The notes beneath the pieces were generated by a model. The model did no database searches. It had not been told where the DNA came from and saw only the letters and a program-made list of their open reading frames with translations. The translations under genes and the position numbers were made by a program. A DNA stretch of 64,000 nucleotides from Phyllosticta citribraziliensis (taxonomy: Eukaryota). Position 1 is the first letter of the stretch, and each line of letters begins with the position of its first letter. This document shows, piece after piece, positions 37,939-48,417 of this stretch. The stretch covers positions 1,674,001 through 1,738,000 of the forward strand of contig NW_027117342.1 in the NCBI RefSeq assembly GCF_038025025.1. The letters run 5' to 3'.

Positions 37939-39933
37939 ATGCCTGAACTTCACGCTTTTCCCTCTCACCGGCTGCCGACTTTGCCAGACCCCCCTTCTGA
38001 GGAGTCGTTCCGCGACTTCAAGCGTATGCCCCTGGATTGCTGCCGCGACTTCATCTACTCGACTGCCCGCGAGATTGACGAGATTGAAGACGCCGTCCCA
38101 ATCTTCAAGCTTTCGCGCGACAGGAACTCTCATGTCGACCTGCTCAAATTCTCTCTCGACCATGTCCTGATCAACGGCACCGACGACGCCGGCGAGCTCG
38201 AGGAGCAGTTCGACGGGCTCCACCTCTTCGAAGACGTCTTCTACATCACAGCCGTCAAGATCTACAACCTCTACTCAGACCTCAGGGTCCGCTTCGCCAA
38301 CGGATTCATCCAGCTCGACACGCAAATGGTGAATGGCATCACGGCCGCGAGCATGCTCAACCTGCTCTGGTTGCGCTGGGGCTCCTTGTTCGACCTCGAG
38401 GTGCTTGCGACGCTCAACTTTGCCGTTCGCAAGGAAAACCTGTTCGCCTTCAAGACGAAGCACAATGCCGAAGTCTTCATGCGCAGCAAGCGCTTCAGGA
38501 GCCGCTACACCAGGCCGACCGCCCACGCCACGATCCGCCGCGCCCTCAACCGCTACGCCTTCAACGAGAATGAGCTCAGCGCCAGGATTCCTGGCCTTCA
38601 CAAGCTCACCGACTTCAATCCGGCCGCGCTCGCCGCTCACGTCCAGCAGAAGAACAGCGCCAGCCTCGCTGCGTGGGATCACACGAAGGAAATCCTTGAG
38701 TACACCAGCAGATCGCCTGCGCTCGTCAACCGCCATGACTCGATGGAGCTGGATGTCACCCAGCCGCAGACAGTCAACACCATTAGCACTACGACCGGAA
38801 GCCCCGTTGGCGCCTATGGCTTTTCCGAGTGCAGCAGCGTATCGCCAAATGGGGCGTTCGTCTTCAGCGAGCCCAACAGCTTCGTGTTCGGCGTTGACAC
38901 ACAGGCTCGGCCCAGCACCGATACAGAGCCCACCCAATGTTTCGGCGGCGACAGCATGGATCTGGATCAAGACACACACCAGGAGAAGAAGGAAGAGGAG
39001 GATGAAGATGAGGCGTTGGAAGTGATCCAGGACGACTTCATAATGGATGCCGGCTCGACCCAGGACGACGGCAGCTACAGCCCCATGGACTTTGTCCTGC
39101 AGCCGACCACGTACGCCGTCAGCAACACTACCACCGCTCCTCCAGCCGCCACCACTCCTGCGCAGAAGGCAATCAACCACTCCGTTGCGGCCAAGCAGCT
39201 CAATGTCCTCGAGAAGCTCAAGGAGCTCGCTGGGCCCCAGCAGAAGCAGCAGCATGTGGCAGCCTTCAAGTCCAAAGCCGCCATCCGCAAGGAAAACTTC
39301 ATCAAGAAGACGGAGCTTAAGCTGGCTCAGACAAAAGCCCGCCACCCATCCATTGACAGCAGCATTGCCGCAACGCCGTCGCCGCATGGCAAGGACGCTC
39401 TCGGCACCACGGTGCCCGAATCGACGTTGACGCGGCCGCAAATGCAGCTGCTCGCCCCGACCATCTACGGCCAGGACACCAACACAACCAACATGGGCGT
39501 CTTCGGCGGCCTCACCTTCGGCGCCGCATTCGAAGACACGCCCGCGCCGAAGCCGACCACGCAGCACAGCCGCTCGCCCGTCATGACGATGCCATCGACG
39601 ACGGCGGAGCAGCATGTGCACGACCAGCAGCACAACGCGGGCCGGCTGGAGCGCCACCGCGAGCGCGCGCTGCTCAAGCTCGAGGGCAAGCTGCAGCCCG
39701 ACGTCGACATGAAGGCGTGGAACTACCGCGACACGTGCCGCTGCGCCGACGACTGCCAGTGCGCCTACTGGTGCCGCAAGGAGCCGTGGCACATGTGTGC
39801 GTGCCAGCGCCCTGCTGCGCGTGTGCGCGTTACGAAGCACATCGAGGACGATGCCATCAGCGTAGCGAGCACTATCGGGGAGGAGGTGTGGACAACATGG
39901 GAGAGGGAGACGGGGAGGAAGAAATGGTGGTGA
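37939..39933 (+). CDS. Hypothetical protein, 664 aa, intronless, with a C-terminal Cys cluster
   Basis: Long ATG-initiated ORF with strong C/G-ending codon bias and a pyrimidine-rich leader. No family recognised. Confidence 0.75.
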   Translation: MPELHAFPSHRLPTLPDPPSEESFRDFKRMPLDCCRDFIYSTAREIDEIEDAVPIFKLSRDRNSHVDLLKFSLDHVLINGTDDAGELEEQFDGLHLFEDVFYITAVKIYNLYSDLRVRFANGFIQLDTQMVNGITAASMLNLLWLRWGSLFDLEVLATLNFAVRKENLFAFKTKHNAEVFMRSKRFRSRYTRPTAHATIRRALNRYAFNENELSARIPGLHKLTDFNPAALAAHVQQKNSASLAAWDHTKEILEYTSRSPALVNRHDSMELDVTQPQTVNTISTTTGSPVGAYGFSECSSVSPNGAFVFSEPNSFVFGVDTQARPSTDTEPTQCFGGDSMDLDQDTHQEKKEEEDEDEALEVIQDDFIMDAGSTQDDGSYSPMDFVLQPTTYAVSNTTTAPPAATTPAQKAINHSVAAKQLNVLEKLKELAGPQQKQQHVAAFKSKAAIRKENFIKKTELKLAQTKARHPSIDSSIAATPSPHGKDALGTTVPESTLTRPQMQLLAPTIYGQDTNTTNMGVFGGLTFGAAFEDTPAPKPTTQHSRSPVMTMPSTTAEQHVHDQQHNAGRLERHRERALLKLEGKLQPDVDMKAWNYRDTCRCADDCQCAYWCRKEPWHMCACQRPAARVRVTKHIEDDAISVASTIGEEVWTTWERETGRKKWW

Positions 39934-40985
39934 AGAGCGGCTTAGCTTGTGGTGTGGCAAGAGGTGGACTTGGTGGTGTCACCATTGGAGAGATGATGGC
40001 ACACGCTGAAAAGTTGCGTCTCTTCCCTCTTTTCTTCTTTTCCTCATGAGCTGCTTTCCGACACTGCGATAGACGGCGGCCCCGTTCGGCGCACAGCAGC
40101 TCTGGTTTGGCCGTCATTGGCGTTGCATTCTGGCCTCTTCTTTTCTCGACGACTTCTCTTCAGCAACGCCGACTGCAACCCTTTGTACAGTACAACGACA
40201 CAGCAACGACGACAACGATTGACGACAACGACACGGATGGAAGGAAATATGGGACGGAGACGACACCCGCTGCCTTGGACTCCTGACTTGCGAAGAACCT
40301 CGGACATGGACACGGTTGGACACAGGCGTTGGGATTTCGGGGGGATTCTGCTTTTTTATTTTCTTTCGTTTTTCTGCATTCGTCCGTTTCTTCTACTAGT
40401 ATCGTTCTTCCTTAAAAGTCTTCTCTCTTCTGATACTCCACGAGTCCATCGCGTCATTCAAGTCCAACGGTTGAGCATTAAGCGGTTTAGTACACGGGGC
40501 GATTTGCCTTTCCGGAATGAAAAACGATGCTTATCTTCAAAGTCAAGGCGTAACGGCTCTTTGCTGACTTGCATTCGCTGCGGTGTACAAACCCTGGCGA
40601 TTTCTAATGGTGAGGCTGTTAGTCAATGCCAATGAACCCTAGCCAGGACGGGAGAGCTCTCCCTACGACCGCTATGCAAGCACATGTTGATGCCGCGGTG
40701 GACCCATGTCGAGTTGGGAGGAAGGTTACTCTTACCCTCGGACTGACACAAGGTCGGGCTGTTACGTTTACTCGACGCGTTGCCTTGGAAGATTCGGTGG
40801 TACCGAGGCAAGTCAAGCAGCCGGTCCTAGACCAGCTGTATGTAAGGAAACGTGCGGGTATTGACGGCTCCATGGCGACATGGGGCATCGTGGAAACCCG
40901 CAATCCAAATACAGCAATTCAAGGCGCCGAGGTCCAACTCGCGGATACCAATTCGGCCAGGAAGATATCATGCCAACCTTGTTTT

Positions 40986-41779
40986 CTATAGAAACTGTAC
41001 TGGTCCGCGTTCCTTGACGGGAACAAGGTAATCAACGGCTGGCGACCCTTCTTTCGAATCTGGCGATGATGCTGCTGGAGCGGCCGCCTGTGATGCTCCT
41101 GGTCTGGGCCTGGCGCTGTCCTGAGATGCCGACGCTTCGGCTGAGTTTGCCTTTCTGCGCTTACGCGACTGCCACGAACGTTCTTCGCCTTCAATTTCCT
41201 CAAGGACTGCAGTGCCAGTTAGCTGAAAGCGCGGGTGGCCATGGAGAGCAAGTGATTGGGTTATTGCTTGCTCAAACAGGATATCGACGACCGACAGACG
41301 GGGGTAGACTAGCCTTCTTTCCAATCTTTGTCGCTTTCCTCATTTCCCGTGCCCAACAGGCCCTCGACATCTACTTCTTCTCCCCTTTGGACCCTCTCAA
41401 AGACCTCCCTCAGCAGCGCGATCTTGGCGTCTGCCTTCCTGCTATAATTGGCCATGCTGTTGCGTAGCAGCAAGAGGTTGATGGCGTTGCTTCCAATCAT
41501 CAAGCCAAAGGCTATGAAGACGGTTGCTGGATTGTTCCAGACAAGGCGCAGCCTTCGCCATCGAGAGGGTCGGGAAGTCGAAGCCCGAGGCGCATGGCGA
41601 AAAGCTTTTGGGATGATGTTTTGCCAGAGAGAAGGTTGGACGACGCGCGGAAGAGAGTCGGTCGAGGCGTGTCTAGCAGCGCAAATGGACGATTTCGCCG
41701 TCTGCCATTGTGGCTGCGATAAGGGCGGGATGATGCTGAGAGCCAGGCGCGTGGGGATCGTGTGGATGCTGCGTTTCAT
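40986..41779 (-). CDS. DUF5321-like single-pass protein, probably mitochondrial, about 228 aa; exons 41779-41314, 41206-40986, joined by a GC-AG intron
   Basis: Basic presequence-like N-terminus, then NPATVFIAFGLMIGSNAI (TM) and LLREVFERVQRGEEVDVEGLLGTG. A branch point GCTAAC plus CAG acceptor at 41207 continues the frame as WKE-V-LEEIEGEE. Confidence 0.75.
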
Positions 41780-42649
41780 GTTGGTTTTGGCAGGCTCACC
41801 GAGGCAAGCAGCGCATCTGTCGTGGTGGTGTTGGTCGTTCTCCCAGTCGGGATGAGGTTCAGCTTGACGCGATTCTTAGTCAGCACATGATCCCTGTCTG
41901 TTCGCTTCTCTGCCAATCATGAAGCAGCAAGTTGAAAACGGCGATCCGGGAAGATGGACATAGATAAATTGTGTAAGTCTCAACGTTTGGAAAATGGCAA
42001 GTAAAGCCCGATGGTCGAAGACTGGTGTGGTGGATCGACCAATTAGAAAAATACAGCACTTTTCTAGCACCAACGTCATGGGGGCCCGGCGGCGGTGAGG
42101 TGCATGTTATCGCCGGATGCTCCGAGAGGCTGACAGTCACTGTACTGCCTGAGGCGTTCGCGGGCCTCTGTCGGCGAGAAACTACATGTAGTGACGTGCG
42201 TCCGACGTCACAGCCAACCGTTGGAACATTGAAAGTACAAACAGAGTCAGTCTGGTGTTTAGCTGCATACATTACCATTGACTGCCTGGACCTCATTCGC
42301 AGGAGCTTGTTTGGGCTCCGTATCTGTGCTATCACCGACGCGGGGGGCTTTTGGTGCTTGCTCCGTCATCATCTCAGTCAGTCTTCACCTACTATGTTTC
42401 CAGAACTCTCCACTTGAGCCATCCAATTACAACCTCCCACCCACTGTGCAACAAGCACCACCGGCCCCATCGCATCGTGTACCCACAATTCGTTTTGCAT
42501 TGAGACGTCCTCACTCGCCTTGCGACCCCGCCGCCTACCTGCCGCCCTGCATTTTTTATCAACAAGTACCGAGCCACTGCCCCGCGCTTCACCGCACCAC
42601 CGCACCCCGCCACTCCTCCGACCCTCGACCAACTAATCCTTTTCACACC

Positions 42650-43432
42650 ATGGGCAAGCCGCCGAATCTGTTCTCTTTCCCCGACTCGGACGAGCTCGCA
42701 AAGAGCCTGCGTCTCTTCGTCCTCGACGCCCAGAACCAGGCTTTCGAGCGCCACAACACCTTTCGCATCGCCGTCTCGGGCGGTTCGCTCCCCAAGGTAC
42801 TCGCCAAGGCCCTCATTCCCTCCGGCGAAGGCACCTGCGTCTTTTCAAAATGGCACATCTTCTTCGCCGATGAGCGCGCCGTTCCTCTCGACCACGAGGA
42901 CAGCAACTACGGCCTCTTGAAGGCCGAGCTGCTCGACAAGATCCCCGCCGAAATGGGCCAGCCCACCGTCTATCCCATCGACACCAAGTACCTCGACGAC
43001 GTCCAGGAAATGGCCGACCAATATGAGCAGACGCTTGTCAAGGCCTTTGCTGCTCGCGACAGCGTCAAGATCCCCATGTTCGACCTAATCTTGCTGGGCT
43101 GCGGCCCCGACGGTCACACTTGCTCCCTCTTCCCCGGCCACGCGCTGCTCCGCGCAACCGAGGCGTGGGTCCTCCCCATCAGCGACTCACCCAAGCCCCC
43201 ACCGAAGCGCATCACTCTGTCCCTGCCTGTTGCCTCGCACGGTATCAAGATTGGCTTCGTCGCAACCGGCGGCGGCAAGAAGGACATCATGAGGCAGATC
43301 TTCGACACGGAAGAAGGACGCGCACTTCCATGCGGACTGGTCAACTCGAACGCGCAAGAGAGAGTGACTTGGTTCACCGACTACCCGGCTGTCGAAGGCG
43401 TAACGTTCCCAGTGAGACGGGGAAGCTTGTAG
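42650..43432 (+). CDS. pgl: 6-phosphogluconolactonase (Sol/PGL family), 260 aa
   Basis: AVSGGSLP, FFADERAVPLDHEDSNY, LLGCGPDGHTCSLFPGH and SDSPKPPPKRITLSLP motifs. The ATG at 42650 is in CACCATGG context; the upstream TTG extension in the track is unlikely. Confidence 0.95.
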   Translation: MGKPPNLFSFPDSDELAKSLRLFVLDAQNQAFERHNTFRIAVSGGSLPKVLAKALIPSGEGTCVFSKWHIFFADERAVPLDHEDSNYGLLKAELLDKIPAEMGQPTVYPIDTKYLDDVQEMADQYEQTLVKAFAARDSVKIPMFDLILLGCGPDGHTCSLFPGHALLRATEAWVLPISDSPKPPPKRITLSLPVASHGIKIGFVATGGGKKDIMRQIFDTEEGRALPCGLVNSNAQERVTWFTDYPAVEGVTFPVRRGSL

Positions 43433-43972
43433 AAGAGGGCGGCTAGAAACCATGGCTTGACGAACCTTTTCACCTTCACCTGCGTGCGAAGCCTCGCTTA
43501 TCGTTCATTGGGACATCTATGGCGTATTCTGCACAGCGATTGGCTCGCGTGGGTTGCTCTCATGTCTTGAACGTCATGTTTTGTGTACTAGAATCCGAGG
43601 CCTTTATTTTAGGTAGTTGAGGAGGTAATGACAATTAACGTTCATCATGCATTCTTGTCGCCTGCTCGGTTTGTGAATTCTTTGTCATTGCAAGACAAAG
43701 CGTGCCAGGACCATTTGAAAAGCTTGTGCATCCATGCCCGCATTGCATACGGTCAAGGAATTTTGACTGGTGCGTACTTCATCCCCAGGTACCGTGCATG
43801 ATGCGCATCACGTGATCGTCTGCCTCAAGCGTCGAGGTCCATTCCACGTTGGGAACCAGGCGAGATCACCAAACATTGGATTCACCACTGCCGCATCTGA
43901 TCGCTCCCCCCCTTGTTGCGATTCAACCAAAACTGCCTCCTGCCCTTACACACCTCGTGCAACACCTCAGCA

Positions 43973-45645
43973 ATGGCATACGAGGTATTGATCCTGAAAA
44001 TCCAAAATGGCATCCGTACGTACCGCTGAGCTACCACATCTAGAGCCCTCTCTCACCTCTGAGACTGCAGCACCCTGAACCAGACAAGCGCGACGCCAAT
44101 GCATCACCCTCGCGCCTACCCACGCTCTCGAGCAGGTTACCACGACCTCCGACCACGGTGCTAAACAAGGAGAATGAGCCACAAAAACGACGATTGGGGT
44201 TAGCGCCTAGGACGGCGACCACGAAGTCGACGGTGGAAGAGCCGGCGAGAGAAGCGCGCAATACCACATTTCAAGCGCATAGCAGAATGCTAAGTCGGAC
44301 ACAAAGTACCAAGACGAAACCGTCATCCGTCAGGCAAGCACATGGCTCTCAGGAATCCGCTACAGCGACAGCTGGTACTACAGCAGGCTTGAGACGAAGG
44401 CCGACTGTTGCGAGCAGTGCCCCCTCGCGCTCGACAGATCCAAGAGCTCCAACCTTGAAAACAAGAACAATTGCGAACCCTGAAAGAACGAAAACCAGCT
44501 CGGAAGCTTCGAACAACAGAATCCTCGGGCAGGGAAACCGACCCGATTCATCTGGATCGAGTGCTTCACGGCACACTACTGCGCAGCAACAAGCGCGGGC
44601 ACCATCGCGCTCCAGAGCCGCAACAACGACAGATTCGCCATCTGAGCGGGCCATGCAGCCACCCATCGCCTCGGCACCTTCAAAAATCGGGAGTCCTGAC
44701 AAGAAGCGCGCAAACAGCTCAGCCCAAGTACACGCGCGGTCAAGGTCTGAATTTGTGGCCACTCGAACGCAGCCTGGCCGTTTGGCTGCCAAAACCCCAC
44801 CGGCAATCGAAAGAGACCCCGCCCAGAACATGAAGCCGACCTTTTCGACTCTCCAACAGCATTATTCGCCCAAGAAGACTACTGAGCCTCGAAAACCCAC
44901 TTCGGAGATACTCAAAGCATCTGCCAAACCCGGCCCTGACGAAGATGTATCGGTGGACGTCTTGGCCATGCAAACGGAGCTTTTGCAACTACACACTTTG
45001 CGAGAGGCCTCGATAAAAACCCAAGCGCAATGGGCCACCAGTGCGGAGCGTTCTTTACGTATCCAGTTTTACGAGGTGGCAACGGCGTATCATTCGATGC
45101 GCAAGAATGAAGGCGAGGTTCAAGAATTGGTCAATCTCCAGGCTCTGCAGGAGTGGAGTAGTGGCAGCGCGAACCTGGGTCTAGCTGAAAACGTTCAACT
45201 TCTCGGCCCAGTTCTCAACGAGCTGCGGGCCCTGACCGACTCGGGAGGAAGATACACACGCCTGGTCCAAGAATTCGAGTCATGGGTCGCAAACGTGGAA
45301 GCAGTTTGGTCACAACGAGAGGCCAAACAAAGCTTCGAAGTCGCAGACGGCCTAGGAGAAGAATGGAAGTTGGAGGTCAACAGCTTAATCCGTAAGGTTT
45401 CGTTGCTTGCCCGAGAGATGGAGCGCATTGTGGAGCCGAGGAGTGGAAGCAGCATCGCGGCCATGGTTCACCTGTGTCGGTCTCTCATCAAAGGCATGAC
45501 CAAGGAGCTGCAGACCATGAGGCGCGTCGAGGTAGACGTCGCGAGGCGAGAAGCTCAACACATCGAGACGGGACTCGAGGGTGTCGTACTTGGGTCATTG
45601 GACAACGGCGCCGTGGCTTCCCGAGCAGCATGGCTGCACGTTTAA
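43973..45645 (+). CDS. Hypothetical protein, about 537 aa: basic Ser/Arg/Thr-rich N-terminus plus helical coiled-coil C-terminus, candidate HAUS8/Hice1-like; exons 43973-43984, 44044-45645
   Basis: A 12-nt first exon (MAYE) and intron 43985-44043 (GTATTG...CTGAG...TAG) supply an ATG in phase with the 44158 ORF. Conserved-looking blocks KPTFSTLQQHYSPKK and QTELLQLHTL. Confidence 0.75.
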
Positions 45646-46377
45646 ACATGGGAGAGACGGCCAGCATCATCATTACGCAAGCCACCCACCGCGGAAATGC
45701 CGTGATGGGCTCGTGCAATCCTAGAACCCTAGCAGTAGAGGCCCAAAGCCCCAAACGGTGCTCATGTAATCTTGATGCCTCAGGAGATGCCAAGGCGGAA
45801 GATGAATAAGCGCGGGATCGTGCCTAATACCATGTACCCAATACCATTTCCTCCTTTCCTCGCTCCCTCATGGATCTGTTACTTGCCCGCAGCCACCCGC
45901 CTCTTCCGCTCGATAATCCTCTTATAATTGAGTCCATCTGGGATACCTCCCAGGAGCTGCCAACAGCTTTGCAAACTCTCTTCCGGCCGCTCCCGCCTGG
46001 AAAACTACCAATCCGCTCTGGCTGCGTCGAACCCGAGTCAGTCACCTGTTTGTCGTCCTATGCGCTCTAACGCGCCGCTCCCGATCATATATGTTCTGTT
46101 TCGGCACTTGCGCCCAACCTCACTTCGGCTTGGCCACACTCCTCCACTGGCGGCCTCCTTTTGTCAGCAGCTATACACGCTCCCCGCACTCTCCAGTCGT
46201 GTGTCAACAATTACCACTGGGCCAGTTGATTGGCGTTGGCCCCATGGACAACCACCGCCTGAACTTATTGCACAACCACTTGGCACGTCTCGCCTTCTGA
46301 CCGAATTATAATCCTTTCCAACCTGCGCATGGCGGCCTTTCGAGGCCTGCCTGTGAGCACCTAGGCCGGCGGCTCTG

Positions 46378-48417
46378 ATGGATCCCGTCTCGCGATGGAG
46401 GAGGCCATGGGAAGAGGGACCCTCCGCCCCTCCCCCATGTCAAAGTCAGCCCAATTTGCGTCCAGTTGACAGAACCGGGTACGATCACCAACACTATGCC
46501 CACTCGGGATCTGGCATTTCAACCACTCAACCCATTGGAGCTACTTCGCCAGTCTCGGCGCGAGCTGGACCAACTCATTGGAAGGAAGAACCATCCACGC
46601 AACACTGGATAGACTCCATGTCGGACAATACACCGGGTCACGTGCGTACCCAGCAGCAATTTTCACCAGAATCGCCACGAAACAAGAGACGCCGGGTCGA
46701 GTACAATCCGCGGCCTGCTCCTGCTGCAAGAGAAGGTTTTGAACACCTGGACCCACCCAGTCACGCACAGCAACCTCATGGTATACTATCAACCCTTTGC
46801 CCTCCATAAAAGGTTTCCCTATTTCGTTCACACGTCCAGGAACGCAAACTAAAAACCCTTGATTTTAGGATTTACAAAAGCTCCCGCCGCGCACGGTCCC
46901 GGATATTATCAGCCAGTGTCGCCTCAAATGGCCATGAATCGGGCAGCGTCTTTTGGGGCATCCCAGCTGAGCGCTGATCGTCCTTGCTGTGACTCACATT
47001 GCCGAGGAAGAGTATGTTCGACGCGTCGGGCAATACTGGCAGAGGTCTTGCATCTCATTCAAGACCTTCACAGCAAGATCAACCAGCACGCCAACCCGTC
47101 ACACCCCGTCATAGTAAGGCTGCGCAGTAAACGACATGATGCATTCGAGCTGACCAAGTCTAGGTGCAACCAAAGCCACCACGCCTATCTCTAGATGACG
47201 GATTGGCTTTTGCGTTAGAGACTCTTCGTGTAAGCGCTGTCACCCTCCAGCAGTTGGGAAACCCCCCGGAACCCAAGCCCGAGTCACGTCCTCCAACAAT
47301 GAGCAACGCTGCGGCTTTGGATGAACTAAGGAACGAAATGAAGTTGAGAGCTGAGCAAATCAACCTTGATCAAAGGTCTGCAGCTGCTCAACCACCTTCA
47401 ATTGTAGGACATGACCCCTTCCGTACCAACCTCCATCCCAATTTTCATGAAGTTCGGCGCCGAAGCTCTTCAGTTGTTGGAGGTGCTACGTCGCCTCATG
47501 CATCCCCGACGACGGCGTCTCGTCCACATCCGGGACTCTCTGCGGCACAAATCTCGCCGCCTGCGCCCGCTCACCAAGCGTCAAGGATGCTTCCTTCCCC
47601 AACTTCAAGCCATATCCCGCCGCCTTCAACAATCCAGTCTTTCCCTTCGCCGCCGCCATCTTTGTCGCAACCGCAGTCTTCTGCTCATTTGGCCCATCTA
47701 GCTGCGCTACAGCACCAGATATCACTCAAAACCCTCGCCCTTCAAACCCTCCGGCAAGAATATGACGCCCTTCTCGCGAAGCTTGATCGCCAGCGGACGA
47801 AGTGTTCAACGCTCGAAAAGAAATTCGCTGTCTCGGATGTGGAGCTCAACGCGCTCACCGTCGACAAGGAAGAGCTCGAGTCCAAGACACAGGCATTGGA
47901 GCAGCAAGTTGAAGAACTTCGGGAGTCAAGAGACGAGGCGCGTCGGGGCGAGGTCAGAACAAGCGCGCAGTATCGCACTATCGTGGAAATGGCGAGCAGA
48001 TTGCAGAAAGGGGCTGCTGAAGAAAGAAGAGCTTGGGCTGCCGAGCGTGAAGCGCTTGTGAGAGCTGCGAGAGGAGACCCTTCATCATGTTGTGGGGAAC
48101 AGGGTGGGTTGAAATCGCACGCAGTCGACCTGTCAGCCGAAACTTCGATCCATTCGCCCCCATTCGACGACGAATCTGGCCCGGCGAGGACGACAAGCGC
48201 CCCGGATATCAGCAGTGACCTCGAGAATGCCTCAAACCAAGTGATCGAGGCCTTGCGGGTGGAAGTTGCCCAGTTGCGCTCGCGGAACCAGAGCTTGGAG
48301 GCCGTGTTGCAAAAGCTGCAAGTGGAGATGGAACCCTTGAGATCGGCAGTTTGCTTGATCACCGAAACTCAAACAAGGATGGAGGAAGCAGCTCGAGAAG
48401 CTCTTCGCGTGGCATGA
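46378..48417 (+). CDS. Hypothetical coiled-coil protein, about 633 aa; exons 46378-46780, 46869-47113, 47164-48417
   Basis: Two frame-consistent GT-AG introns. Pro/Ser-rich middle region and a heptad region LQHQISLKTLALQTLRQEYDALLAKLDRQRTKCSTLEKKF. Confidence 0.75.

Noticed and set aside
38275..39960. 561-aa minus-strand ORF
   Set aside because: Antisense shadow of the GC3-biased plus-strand gene, with no recognisable motifs.
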